DNA of 63,871 bases, the filler included, from Octopus bimaculoides (lineage: Eukaryota), in assembly GCF_001194135.2 (NCBI RefSeq). It is 4 parts of 4 records of this genome, joined end to end, with 100 filler letters (N's around TTAATTAATTAA, not from the genome) between each part and the next. Parts side by side here need not be neighbours in the genome. Positions count along the whole stretch, not along the records: positions 1 to 27,590 come from NC_069003.1; 3 more parts are not named here. The stretch is one strand, 5' to 3'. Shown piece after piece: positions 13,990 to 27,407 of this stretch. The position numbers and the translations under genes are program-made. Position 1 is the first letter of the stretch. Every line of letters begins with the position of its first letter. The notes below the pieces were generated by a model. It worked only from the letters and a program-made list of their open reading frames with translations, searched no databases and was not told the origin of the DNA.

Positions 13990-15830
13990 CAATTAATCGA
14001 AGCGGACAGTGAAACATTCAGACCATTAACTAAAAAGAGACTGACCTTCATCTTTTTTCTCCAATAGATATGGCTGTAATCAGAGTGGGAGATGTAATTG
14101 GACGTAGTCAGGAGGGTCACTTTAAGCATATACCTTGTACTCATTGGCGAGACCAGGATCTCTGGAATGCACACACTCGAGCCAATTTTGGATGACTCTG
14201 TGGTATATTAATCTTCTAGTGGTCGGCATTAGACGGTTGGGTGGCGGTGTTATTCATGGAGTCATTAGATATTAAAATAGGGGCAGTGGAAATAGACGGA
14301 AAGTCAATAGTCCTGGTTTTGAGCAGTAGTGAAAGAGATGCAATAACACGCATTCAGGTTACGGTACTTGCAGAGATTCGTGAACAGAACGAACGAATGT
14401 CAAGGCCGCAGTAGAGGCCTAATCGATCTTTTTCATGTTTCACTTGAAAAGGAAGACTAGGATAGAATGTGTGATATTGTCCTCATGTTAACTGGTGACA
14501 GAAGAGTGCTACATATGAAGTGGCGACCCGAGAATGACGACTGGGGATGGTTCTTATGCTCGATATTCAAGATGGTCTTAGATAATGGGTTTCCTGGAGT
14601 GGTTCCTCTGTCGGGAGGGCATCATCATATTGTTAGTTTAACATTTATATGTATTTGTCTTAATTGATTTTTCTATCAAGATCACCAGACTTTATGCTTG
14701 CCTTTGACGTTAACCAATAATCCGTCGCCCTTGTGGCAAAGAAAATAAATCATCATCATCATCGTAATCATTTATGTCATTGGATCACTGCACTGTATAT
14801 CGCCAACTACTCGGTGCTTAGGGTGTTTGGTCACCTATCGGAATCATTCAGCATCATATACACGATCTGTGAAGGCGACCCTGCTGCACATATTAGCTCT
14901 TGAGCCATTAATGAGTACATTAAGAGCATCCTGCGAGAACCAGTCCATGTCGGCTGATGATGAGCACGTATGTGCTGAGATTACATCTTTAACAATTCCT
15001 TGACAGTGAACGGTTTTGTGGTCGCTCTTTATCAGATACGTTTTCTTGCAGCTCGTCTCTTGGCCTGAGCTGCAATTTGGGGTCAAGCAAAGACCCAAAC
15101 AGTGCGCGTAACACTTAGTGTGATGTCAAACGCTCATTGTCCTCTACAGTCAAATCCACTTTAGCATTCTGTTGATGGCTAGTGGAAGGGAAAAGGACGG
15201 TATTCTTGGGTAAATTCTTGGCGATAGATTTCAACTGGCTGGTATGTTTCGGAGGACATTCGAATTTTCAGAGGGTTTTGCTCGTTTGAGATGAAGTCAA
15301 GACACGGAAGTGGTGTCAGCTGGGACTCCCCAAGATGCGTGCCGATCGACGAAACCGTTCTGTACACTCCACCCCAGCCTACGTAGTTCTACAAGGCATT
15401 GTTCACTTGTAGAACTATGTAGAAGACCATCTGTCACGTGTGGTGCGGATCCTGCTATCATATGATTCCTCTAGTCATCCTTCTTTGGGTGGTGAAGACT
15501 GGCAGTCTTTATCTGACTGGTGTCTTTGATGGAAGAGGTTGTGATAGGGAGCAGATTGAAAGGGATGAAGACAGATGTTTTCCTCTTTAACCAAACTTTC
15601 AACAACTTTTACAAGTTTGACTTCAAAAACAAAATGAAAGTGAGGGCGAAGAGGGAAATTCTGCTTTACGGTGAATTTGCTGGAAAGTGAATGAGAATAA
15701 CGAGTATGATCTGAATGAATGCTCTGAGCATTTGCCTGAAGATTTGAAGGAGGAAATATGCCTTTAGTGATGAAGGAGGCGTCTTGTAGAGTTTCCACAA
15801 GTAGCCCTCTATGGTCTCCCTAATTTTTCC
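13990..15830 (-). mobile_element. Probable decayed DIRS1-like tyrosine-recombinase retrotransposon
   Basis: Ordered degenerate motifs on minus strand: ETIEGY..KTPPS, VESLVKEENI..YHNLF (RT N-term), VTDGLLHSSTSEQCLVELRRLGWSV / ESQLTP..LDF (YLDD..LGW.N.EKS.L.P), DWFSQDALNVLING/QEL (RNase H W..HIN.LEL), and IQNWLECAF..ISHS (YR C-term). Heavily frameshifted. Confidence 0.55.
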
Positions 15831-16083
15831 TGGTTCAATTTTTTTCCCGTTAACTTCTCGACGCCCATTTATGCACCACTCGCTAATGTCGATGATTTTG
15901 TCAACTCATAGTGGTTAATAAAGGCCGTGTGTCTATAGTAGAAAGGGTTATTATTAATATTAAGTCAAGTACTGGAGTCTCTTAAAATTGCTGACCTTTC
16001 GGCAAAATTAAAAATTATAATAATTACTGTTATCACCATCATCATCATCATCATTAATCTTAAATCTGATATATTTTTTTATA

Positions 16084-16959
16084 CGAGATCTGATCAATAA
16101 ATATCCAGACTGATGCCATAGAAACGAAGCTAAAACACGCCGAATGAAGCCGCTTGGCAAAGATTGATCCTGAACACTGTTAAGTTTTAATGTTCTAGCT
16201 CACTTCCGCTGTTTACAGCAGTGCTTGGAAGGAAGGTGTGTAGTGCGTGATCGTCGCATTGATCATGACAGAGAAAGTTGTCATGGCGACACCTGCTCAG
16301 AGGCCAACACAAGGTTGCAGAAAGTGTATGGAAAGAGGTGTATGAGCCGCACACAAGTGTACGAGTGGTTCAGACGTTTCCCAGATGGCCGAAAAAAATG
16401 TCGATATTAACGAACGTTCCGGTAGACCCGCAACCAGCAGAACTGAGAAAAACATCATAGATGTGCGTGCAGCTGTGAAGGGAAATCGTCGAATCACCAT
16501 CCGTGAATTATCAGAGAATGTGCAGATTAATTACGGTTCAGTTCAGTCCATTATCACTGACGATTTGGGTATGAGACGCGTGTCTGCCAAGTTTGTGCCA
16601 AAACTGCTTTCAGCCGACCAAAAAGACACTCGGCTTTCAGTTGTACAAAATCTCTTTGAATGTGTCGAGAACAATGAAAACTGTTTCAAAACTTTGCGTA
16701 GGCCTCTGAGCAGGTATCGCCAAGCTTTTTGCAAAACTTGATGCAGATTCTCTGCTCAACTTTCTGCCATGGTGAATGCGACAATCACACGCTACGTAAC
16801 TTCCTTCCAAGCACTGTTGTAAACAGAGAAAGTGAGCTAGAACGTTAAAATATGCATACACAGCAGAGTTCAAGATCAATCTGTGCCGAGCGGCTTTACT
16901 CTGCGTGCTTTAGCTTCGTTACTATAGCAACAGTCCGGATACTTATTGATCAGACCACG
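16084..16959 (+). mobile_element. Non-autonomous mariner with long inverted arms (5' end duplicated at right end)
   Basis: TIRs CGAGATCTGATCAATAAATATCCAGACTG (16084) and CAGTCCGGATACTTATTGATCAGACCACG (16931-16959). Transposase N-term QVYEWF..ERSGRP..MRRVSAKFVPKLL. 16690-16959 is an inverted copy of 16084-16318. Confidence 0.85.
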
Positions 16960-17421
16960 CATCCCTTTAAGTGGAATTCTATTCCAACTTATTTACACAA
17001 CTTATTTCTCTTTCCTTTTCATTTAATGAAAAATGCAAATATAGCCACTTGTCGAGATAAATGTGATCAGAAGTATTTCAGGACTCGTGATTTGACAGCT
17101 TTTTGCTGCTTCTGACACTGTTAAAAAGAAGTATTTTTCTATTACGACGAAGAACACGTTCTCCCATCTGTAAACTCCACATTTTCTCTCGTCGTTGTCA
17201 GTCTTGCCTCTGACACTGAGTTTGTATATAAACAAGAGGAGCCGCTTCACAGAGCTGACCACGTAAATAATTAACTGCGTCAGTTGCAAGATCTAAATAT
17301 GAAATACTAAGCGGCTGCTATTATCGAAATGAAAAATGAAATTTGATAAACTTGACAAACACATACACACACATATACGCACAAATACTCACACATACAC
17401 ACACATACATGTAAACATATC

Positions 17422-17490
<69 letters not shown>

Positions 17491-17747
17491 ATAAATGTGT
17501 GTGTATGTATGTATGTGTGTGTGTGCGTTTGTGTGTGTGTGCGTGTGTATGCAACGTGACAGAGCTTCAGTAACAAAGAGAGTACATCATTGCTGAGGTC
17601 ATGGGAATGGCGACAAAAAGGTTCTGATGAACCAAATGGTGATTGGTCGAGCGATTAACAAATCAATCGTTTAATTAGTTTGTTAGTTAACTAATAATAA
17701 AGAGAAGTGGAATTGAAGCAGTGCTCGAAGATACCACATCACATGCG

Positions 17748-17787
<40 letters not shown>

Positions 17788-18094
17788 GGTGTGAGTGTAT
17801 GCATATGCATGTATATGTGCATATATATGTATATATTTAAATTTGCTGAATAAGTTATGGATTTAGAGAATCGGGTGGCTACCACAGAAAGTTCTCCTTA
17901 CGGACACGGCTAACAGTCGACATTGTGATCCAATACAGAGAAGTATAATGCAGTGTGTCTGTACAGCTGAAATCCAGAAAACCCAATCCCTTGAGGCGTA
18001 GAAAAACCATAAGATGTCAGGTTGTATTAGAAATGACATAAAAATCATTTATATATAGAAAACACACACACACACACAATATATATATATATTC

Positions 18095-18500
18095 TTTTAC
18101 TAGTGTCAGTCATTTGACTGCGACTATGCTGGGGCGCCGCGTTTAGTCGAACAAATCGAACAAATCGACCTCAGGACTTATTTTTTGTAAACCTAGTATT
18201 TATTCTATCGGTCTATTTTGCGGAATCGCTAGGTTACAGGCACGTAAGCACACCAAAATCAGTTGTAAAGCGATGGTGGGGGACAAACACACATACAAAT
18301 ACATACACACACACGCACACACACACACACACACACATATAGGACGGGCTTCTTTCTGTTTCCGTCTACCAAATTCACTTACAAGGCTTTGGTCGGCTCG
18401 AGGCTACAGTAGAAGAAACTTGACCAAGGTGCCACGCAGTGGGACTGAACCCAGAACCATGTAGTTGGGAAGCATGCATCCTACCACACAGCCACTCCTG
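18095..18500 (-). mobile_element. SINE family 1 copy
   Basis: Colinear similarity to 4271-4648 and 55750-56157. Confidence 0.85.
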
Positions 18501-18873
18501 ATATATGAATGTTATTTTTTTTTATATATATATATAAATTATTTTTATGTCAAATTATATATAAAATTAATTTTTACCGAACTGCTAAATTACGGGGACG
18601 TAAACAAACCAACATCGGTTGTCAAGTGATGGAGGTGGGGACAGCACATACACACACACACACATGCACACATATATATATTCACTCCGGAGTGAATATC
18701 TGCAGTAATTGGACGCATTTGGTGTCTATTTTCAGCGCATAGGCATGGTAGCTTAAGTATAATTGTACCTATACAATTATCTATCTCTATATATGTATTT
18801 TACCTTAAAGATTGTTTTATATGCTGGCCACTGATAAAATTCATAAATTCTAATGATTTTATCTTTTAATTAT

Positions 18874-18905
<32 letters not shown>

Positions 18906-19152
18906 NNNNNNNNNNNNNNNNNNNNNNNNNNNNNNNNNNNNNNNNNNNNNNNNNNNNNNNNNNNNNNNNNNNNNNNNNNNNNNNNNNNNNNNNNNNNNNN
19001 NNNNNNNNNNNNNNNNNNNNNNNNNNNNNNNNNNNNNNNNNNNNNNNNNNNNNNNNNNNNNNNNNNNNNNNNNNNNNNNNNNNNNNNNNNNNNNNNNNNN
19101 NNNNNNNNNNNNNNNNNNNNNNNNNNNNNNNNNNNNNNNNNNNNNNNNNNNN

Positions 19153-19202
<50 letters not shown>

Positions 19203-20179
19203 GCTAGGTCTTAGTCTTTTAGACAAGATATCCCTTCTATATCTAAAAAGTATATTGAAGAACATAATTCACAAATGTTGGCGCACATATTTTTGATACC
19301 GTATATATACAATTGTAATTCATGTGATTGTGTTTACATATTTGTTATTTTTCTTTCTAATCTGCTGAATAAATCTTCCATGGTGGTGCGGTAACACTGG
19401 CGGACATAGCACCCCCCAACCCTTATAGTAATGGCTACAGAGACGTACATGCAGGAAAGGCAAACTACACGATGCGCATGCGTGGCTTCCCCAAAGTTAC
19501 TGACCCATGTTTGAACACTGAATTATGCCGCTTCATATCGATGTTCTTGACTGTCTTTTCAATTTAGCAAGCCTGTCCAAGTTATGGTTGTGAATCCCTT
19601 ATTAAATTTACGGATATACTACGAGTGCCTTTCTACAACGGCCTACATTTGGTGCATAAATAACAGCAAAATGAAATTATAATTATTACTAAGTATATAA
19701 AAAGAAATACACAAAAACATATAAATTTATGATGGGTTTCGCTCAACCATGTCCAACTTGGTTTGCAACATATAAATAAACATTGGGGGGGGGGGGAATC
19801 TCTTAAAATCAATCAATCGATCTATCAAGTTATCGGTTTTGTTCTTGATAGAAATGTCTTCGGATTTCTTTGTGAACCCCATCAGTTGCTATCATGTCTT
19901 TTTTATATGCTTCTAGACCTTCGTTCCCTTTTCTTTTGTTACTAACCCCTCTCAGTGACCCCCTTCTCGCTAGGAACCATGGGTAAACAATCACTCCTTT
20001 CCCAAAACACATACATATGTTGTAGAGACACACACACACGTATGTAAACTCACACACGCACTCAACAAACAAATATACGGACACATTTATCAATATATAT
20101 ATGTATGTATATATATACATTCGCCATATTGAACCGCTGAACCCTACACGTTTTTTTTTTCCCTTCTCTATTTATTTCC

Positions 20180-20300
20180 TCTTATTCTTTCCTATCGAAG
20201 AACGTGGGTTCGATTCGTAAAAGACTTTTCCATTTTCCCCAGCGTCAAACGAATACACTTGCTTGTTGTCTTCATTTTTTTGTTTTTCTATAAATTTGAA
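20180..20300. repeat. Dispersed ~120-bp repeat (possible Penelope-like terminal remnant)
   Basis: Motif CCC.AGCGTCAAAC.AATACAC.TGCTTGTTG..AAATTTGAACTATAT recurs at ~30400-30480, ~41745-41815 and ~61578-61640. The Penelope assignment is inference only. Confidence 0.45.
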
Positions 20301-20516
20301 CTATATGATGGCTGAAATTGCGCTTGACCCTCTGGTCAATAACTGAAGGACAATCGGTGACCTTCTGTGTTTTCTGTTCGTCTGTGTATTTAGTATATGT
20401 TCGTATGTTTATTTACTATACGTTTTTTTTTTATTATATATACATATATATACAAGTATGTCATATTTTGTCGTCTTATTATCTAATCGTGAAAAAAATA
20501 TATATATATATACATG

Positions 20517-20588
<72 letters not shown>

Positions 20589-22689
20589 TTGATATAATAT
20601 ATATTTGAGAACATATTTTTACACCGTGCAGATTTTCAGATTTCAATGTTTATGCTAATTCGAATAAGATCACTTTTCTAGGTTCCTCTAATTGTCCCCT
20701 ACACCAACATTTTACTATGCCAATGTTTTGCAAATACCTAAATATTTTTACAAATATATTCGCCGGTCGACACATCCGTTTGAACCCTTAAATGCTTTAG
20801 GCAACACTTTTCTCCCATCCTAGATTAAGTAGAAACCACAAGTTTTGTTAGCAACAAATACAAGATAGTTGGTGAGTCACACAAAATTGAATCCTAAACA
20901 ACAGCACGTAAATGCCATGCATCATGTCGGGAATCAATATTATCTTTGTAATTCTCTGGAGGAACGTCACTTCTGTTGATGGTTCTTTTCTTAATTTCTT
21001 ATCACTTTTACTTCCATAATTACCTAACTGAATAATTCTCTACTGCAGTCTTAATTTATAATTCCCTGGTGAGTTTTTTAAAATTTTTTTTTTTTAATAT
21101 TTTCATCAAGATTAATAATAAAGAAACAATGATGAAGAATCTTAAATAAAAGTAAAAATACTTCAAGAGAGACTGGCAGACAGGCTGACTGACAGGAAAT
21201 GTAAGAGTTAGTAAAAGACACAGCAGACAATAGTCCCGGAACTAATGGACACAGAGTCCTTTTCAAAGTTTAAGGTCAATTTTCAAGTATGAATACAATT
21301 GGATGATTTAATTGCGCATCTCTGAAGGCAACTGGTGTATTGTGACTCACAAAGACATTAGTAACGACTGCACCAACTGCCTCGTGTAAACAACAACAGC
21401 AGTTGCTATTCTAACGACTTTTACACATAGATTCCTGCCAGTTATCCGTTATTAATTCTGCGTTATTTGTTGCTTTTTTCATTTTTTATTTTTTATATTC
21501 ATTCCCAATAATCAATAGCCATAAGTTATTGGCTGATCTAGACGAAGGAATTTGGCGCCAGTCTGTTTCCAGCCAATAATTATTAAAATTATGCAGTAGA
21601 TCGTACATGGTGTAGCGTCGTTATCAACATTAGAGAACATTTTATTGTTTAAGAATACATCAGAAAGCGCTTAGAAGAAATAAAAAAATAAATAAATATA
21701 ACCAGAGATAAAGTTTGAGAGGAAAAAAAGGAATTAAACAAGTAACTACTGATAATGTTATGTGAAATGTCATAAACAGATGAATAGTATTTGTAAAATT
21801 GTTAATATATATATAAAACTTGTGAATATATTTATAAGGGTTAAGTTTAACATCTTAAAGTTACATGATGACCTTAAATTTCCAGACGCCAAAAGCAGGT
21901 CTAAGTATAAATGCTATGTCTGAAGAATATATGGCTAATTAGCTGTATTTTACATGAACATGAACACAAATGCCCACTCAATAAATGAAATATTGCTATT
22001 AACTTTGCAATTTTCTCATCACCATTCTCCAAAATATATGTCTCAACCTGAGTATTCGATATTGATACACTACACACTAAATTTAAGTTGTTTCGAAAGA
22101 TGTGGCTATAATCTTTTGTGCTTAGAAAAAAATAGTTCACTCCTTCAACTAACAAACTGTTATTTGTATAAATTATGACCAATAATCAAGAACTAAAGAT
22201 AAACTCTTTGCGAGTCGAGAGTGCGACATGGATCTTCGATCTGGCAAATCAGTGATGTACCTCGAGACAACATCTTTTGAGCTTGAATACAAAAAATCTC
22301 AGTGGAATTCATACATTTTCAATGTTTTTAAAGCAAATATCCCAACTTTTATTATTCGAATTGTAGCAGAAAATAGTCCTGTTACTTACTGGCACAAGAC
22401 TCCCCCCTTTCAGTACCGAGTGATTTTCTGTTATTAAATATCAAATTTTTCTCTGTAGTGTGTGATTATTGCCATCATCTCCTTATGTTTTTTTCTTAAA
22501 TGTCTTCTAATCCTCTCAAACACTGCGTTATCTCCACGGCCTCAAGATCGAACACTTTCTTGATCAAACCCACCGGGGAGTTTGGGCTAAGTTGGATGAT
22601 TTCTTTATGTCTCCTTTTCTCACGAACAACTTGATGTATTGATGAAAAGTCAACAGCGTTGGAGAGCATAAAGGTTAAAGTTGTAGATG

Positions 22690-23385
22690 AAAAATGTTGA
22701 TATGGAGGACTGGAAAGCATCTGAATGTTGGGAAAGAGTTCCCTGTCAAACGATGATCCGCAGCGGCTATCAAAGTGCCGACATCACAACTGCCGTTCAA
22801 TGCTCTGTGAACATTGTAAAGGCCATAAAGCGGGACATGGACAGCTGCAACAACAGAGACTACAAAGACATTATCAGCAGGAAGAGACGCAGCAGGTACT
22901 CTTTGTCCGCACACCGATATCCATCCAGTAACTTCAGGAACAGGGCTTGAGGCGTTGCTGCTGGAAGACCATATGGGTCGTAGCAGGATTCGATTCCCTG
23001 CCATATCAGCAGAAATGGTCAGAAATGATTCTCGGAGAATTCCTCCGATTTCCTCAGCCCTAATTTCTAATTTCTCCGATTGTAATCCCATGGATTGCTA
23101 TGTGTGAAGCATAGTTGAGAAAGACACCGACCGCTTTGCCTGCAACATATGCCAAACTAGTGGCCAAGATCAAGGAGTTGTTCGAAGATCTCCCCAGGGA
23201 CACAGTAAGGAACGCATGCCACAGGTACCGGGACCATCTTGAAGCCGTCGCCGAACTTAACGGTGGCTACTTTAACGAATGTTATCTCGCAATTATAATC
23301 CAGTTGGGATTTTTTACTTTTTTAAGAATATTTTATTTTGAATGGAATATTGTGGTCTCTTTTCGTTTTATGCAAATTTATCCCG

Positions 23386-23390
<5 letters not shown>
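22690..23390 (+). mobile_element. Internally deleted maT/DD37D-like transposon
   Basis: N-term MIRSGYQSADI..VNIVKAIKRDM is joined to C-term QQDS.P..SDCNPMDCYV..VEK..AKIKELFEDLPRDTVRNAC.RYRDHLEAVAELNGGYF. Confidence 0.75.
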
Positions 23391-23443
<53 letters not shown>

Positions 23444-23493
23444 NNNNNNNNNNNNNNNNNNNNNNNNNNNNNNNNNNNNNNNNNNNNNNNNNN

Positions 23494-23565
23494 GCGTACG
23501 TGCGTGCGTACGTGCGTGCGTACGTGCGTGCGTACGTGCGTGCGTACGTGCGTGCGTACGTGTGT
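23494..23565. repeat. CpG-rich 12-bp tandem repeat (GCGTACGTGCGT)n
   Basis: Visible tandem units after the N gap. Confidence 0.9.
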
Positions 23566-23587
23566 GCATGAACTGGTAACGAGTTCG

Positions 23588-23633
<46 letters not shown>

Positions 23634-23830
23634 CACACACGCACATATGTCGTGTTATTGCTAACCGGAAGAATAACGGGTCGAAACCAATTATTGCGAC
23701 CACCGGAGCAACAGTTTTATTGATGAATATCAACGAGAGATCATAGAAGTATAATAAAAACACATACTTCTTATAGAATACATTTTACGCTACTATAAAT
23801 ATATTTACATAGATTCATTATCATTAGACT

Positions 23831-23894
23831 AAATATAGATGCATGGCAATTAGCAATCATGTAAATACAGATGCATGGCAATTAGCAATCACGT
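23831..23894. repeat. 32-bp tandem duplication
   Basis: AAATATAGATGCATGGCAATTAGCAATCATGT followed by a copy with 2 substitutions. Confidence 0.9.
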
Positions 23895-24139
23895 GTTGAA
23901 ACAAGTGATGAAATAACATGATCGGGCATTGATACATAATAATTCCTTGAGATGATTGATGTAGAGAATACGAAAGCTCTGATGAATAATTAGAAATATA
24001 CTGTTTAGGGAGAAGTAACAGTTAATACATGATCACGTGGAGTGTGAGTAAATGATATTTAAGAAAAACCACTTTAATTATGTGTAACTCTTCGAGAAAT
24101 ATGATTAACATATTTAATTAAGGCACTATCCTATAATCT

Positions 24140-24700
24140 TATTATTATTGATGGTGTGCACGAATGTTTTACATTCGGAATCATGTCCTTAATGTCTTTG
24201 ATACAGGATCACATCCAGTTTCCCAAGCTATCGAAGACCTTTCTTACAATCCTTGCTGTTTTAAGTAGAGCAGACTTCTGAATGATTGCAACTCTCGTAG
24301 TTTCATCAATCTCAACAAGGGTCTGTTAAGTCTGTCAGTGATAGTACCTCGGTCACCAATGACAACTGAGGTTATTTACGTAGAAACCCTTCACATTCTT
24401 CGTATTTCCCAAATCTTGGTGTTTTCCTATTTTCTCCTGATCTTTAACCCACAGATACATTCATGCCTGCAGATATTGCCAAATCTATGATTATGCATTT
24501 TCCTCCTTCTTCCAGAACGATAAAACCTGGTCGCCTTGCACGATTCCATCCGCCTCCAATACACCTAGCCACTTGTAGCTGTTACCCCCATTCATTGCTC
24601 GGGTTGCTATCTCGTTTGGGAGTTTAATCCCTTCTTTCTTGGATATTTGACAAATAATCTTAAGGTGTCCATAAACAAGTTTATTTTCTCGCCACTGTTA
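24140..24700 (-). mobile_element. R4/Dong-like LINE 3' fragment with internal deletion
   Basis: Minus strand: GIKLPNE..NSYKWLGVLEADGI (RT end) fused to RRPGFIV..KCIIIDLAI (REL endonuclease) and IQKSALLKTARIVRKVF; ends in a short (TAA)n tail near 24140. Confidence 0.75.
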
Positions 24701-25566
24701 AATTCGTAGTACGATTTAGCCTCCCTCAACATCAATGTAAGAGGAATAAGAGCAACCGCGAATAGCAGCTCTCCAGTTCAAACGTTAAAGTAATTTGAAT
24801 ACTGTCCGCTTCCTCAAAACACTCGTTGTGTCCTCCTCCTCTTCCTCCTCCCCCTTCCCTATTCCTCAATTGGGCTCATCATTATCCGCTTAAGCTGATT
24901 CTGTTGTAATTTAGGACTTAAGCTTTGAACCTTTGCATTTATTTGGAATGAAATTTCAATTTTGCACAGTTCTACCCCATCACTATAAATGATTATTTCA
25001 GGTTTTATCACGTATATAGTTAATTCTTTCTGACTCACATAAATGTCGATAACAATTAATAGATGCCATCGAGATTTGTGTAAATATAAGGTAGATGCAA
25101 TAGCAGGGTTGCGGTCTACATAGCGTGTTAAACGATTAGCTGGAGTTGAAATATATATCTAATTCAGTGAGAGAAATGGGAGCGCACCAAAATCTATTTT
25201 GCTTCATCAGTCTACCATGTAATTTTAAATCCTGTTACGGTTGACTTCACCTTTCACACCTCCCAGCTCGATCAAATATATTCTAGTCACGAGAGAGGGT
25301 CATGGGATCTCGTTATGAAAGGTAATTTTTCCAAAATGTAGCTATGTTTAATTCACATTACCTGGACTACATTCCGACTGAAAAATATTTCTGCGGAGGA
25401 CCATTTTGAATGGGGATCTTCTCAATGTGTTGTATAATACTATAACAACTACGATCAAAACTTCCAGTAACCTTCAGCGGGAAATAGGCAGACACTGTAA
25501 GCCCTCCTTTACACACATACACACACGCACACTCTCACACACACACACACACACACACAAACACGT

Positions 25567-25611
<45 letters not shown>

Positions 25612-25663
25612 NNNNNNNNNNNNNNNNNNNNNNNNNNNNNNNNNNNNNNNNNNNNNNNNNNNN

Positions 25664-25698
<35 letters not shown>

Positions 25699-25702
25699 TA
25701 TA

Positions 25703-25734
<32 letters not shown>

Positions 25735-25767
25735 CACACACACATGCATATATATGTATGTATGTGC

Positions 25768-25812
<45 letters not shown>

Positions 25813-26079
25813 GTGGGTGTGTGTGCGTGTAGATATATAAATATATATGCCAGATTTATCGTTCGACCTGACGAAAGATAGGTCGCGTTCACCGCTACAC
25901 ATATCCGCTAGAGTATAATTATTTCATCGCCTTTTCATTTATTAATTTTGCAACTTTTATTTATTGTAAGTTTGTCATTCTGCATACACAATTCAGACAC
26001 ACTTTACTTATTCATCCTCACAGTTAATCACACGGACACACAACGCACGCGTACACAAAAACACACGCACGCGTACACA

Positions 26080-26112
<33 letters not shown>

Positions 26113-26434
26113 ACACTCATTGTAAATATTCATGTGTGCGTGTGTGTGTAAATATGTATATATATNNNNNNNNNNNNNNNNNNNNNNNNNNNNNNNNNNN
26201 NNNNNNNNNNNNNNNNNNATGTATGCATACATCCATATGTGCATCTATATATATATATGTATGTATGTGTATGTATTAAACATGTATGTGCATATGTGCA
26301 TATGTGCATTCATACCCTCAGCTAGAACTCAATATAAATTACATTTGTGTATGAATGCATATATATATAAATGCATGCTTTTGTATATCCCCCGTTTTAT
26401 ACACACACACACATATATACATAGGTATTTACTT

Positions 26435-26482
<48 letters not shown>

Positions 26483-27144
26483 GTACGTTGTCGTTGAAAG
26501 ATGGAGAGACGAAGCACAAGCATTTTTTGTCAAATTTCTGAGGCAGCTCGTGTCGCAAAGCACGCGCTTGTTTCATCACAGCTGTGCACCTGTTGACTAT
26601 GAAAGCCGTCCGTCGCCGATGTACTATTAATATTGCAATGACATTACTATTTGCAAAAGCTTACACAGGAACAGACTTTCAATCACATTAATAATATATT
26701 ACATCTGTTATCAGGGATTCATTCTTACAGTAAAGCGAATAAGCTAAATGTGATAATGAAAACTAAAATGTGTCTAACCTCAACCTTTTGTTAATCTAAT
26801 TACATTGTTAAATTGACGTCTTTTTCTAATTAAAGAAACAGTGAAATAATTTGATTCACTCTAACATATATACTCATATCCAAACAAATTTACCTATATA
26901 AATAAATGTATTTTAAGGTACCAGATATTAATCAATTTGGCAAAATATTGGTCAATACAATCCGAAAACTAATCCAATGACAACTCCTATTAAAAGAAAA
27001 CGTGATTGAAGTCTATGATTTAATTATAATATGATGTCGGCAACTTTGTGGAAACTAAATACGTTCAACTGATTTATCATTGGTGCTCCCTGATTAAAGG
27101 CTAATATAACCAGGATTCACAAATATGGGAGACACAATCGAAAG

Positions 27145-27235
27145 GCTCACAAAGAATAACGGTCGATTTGCTCGACTAAAGGTGGTGCCCCAGCATGGCC
27201 GCAGACAAATGACTGAAACAAGTAAAAACATAAAG
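27145..27235 (+). mobile_element. SINE family 1, 3' end only
   Basis: GGTCGATTTGCTCGACTAAAGGTGGTGCCCCAGCATGGCCGCAGACAAATGACTGAAACAAGTAAAA matches the 3' end of 59144-59637. Confidence 0.85.
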
Positions 27236-27246
27236 GAATATAGCTC

Positions 27247-27329
27247 GCATCATTAGACGGTGGCTGGAATCATGGATAGGAACTAAATAAAGCTGCTCTT
27301 CCATTATGCCGGACACCGTCTAATGATGC
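27247..27329. repeat. 83-bp element with ~30-bp terminal inverted repeats (mini-MITE-like)
   Basis: GCATCATTAGACGGTG / CACCGTCTAATGATGC is a perfect 16-bp inverted pair, extending imperfectly to ~30 bp. Confidence 0.75.
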
Positions 27330-27407
27330 TGACTGCGGAGCCAGTTTTTCGGGGTCGCATCAAGTTGTACTGATTTAATGAAGGATAAATATAATAACAA
27401 GAACAAT

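Noticed and set aside
19465-19485. NRF1-like TGCGCATGCG motif as a promoter
   Set aside because: Isolated motif with no CpG island or gene nearby.
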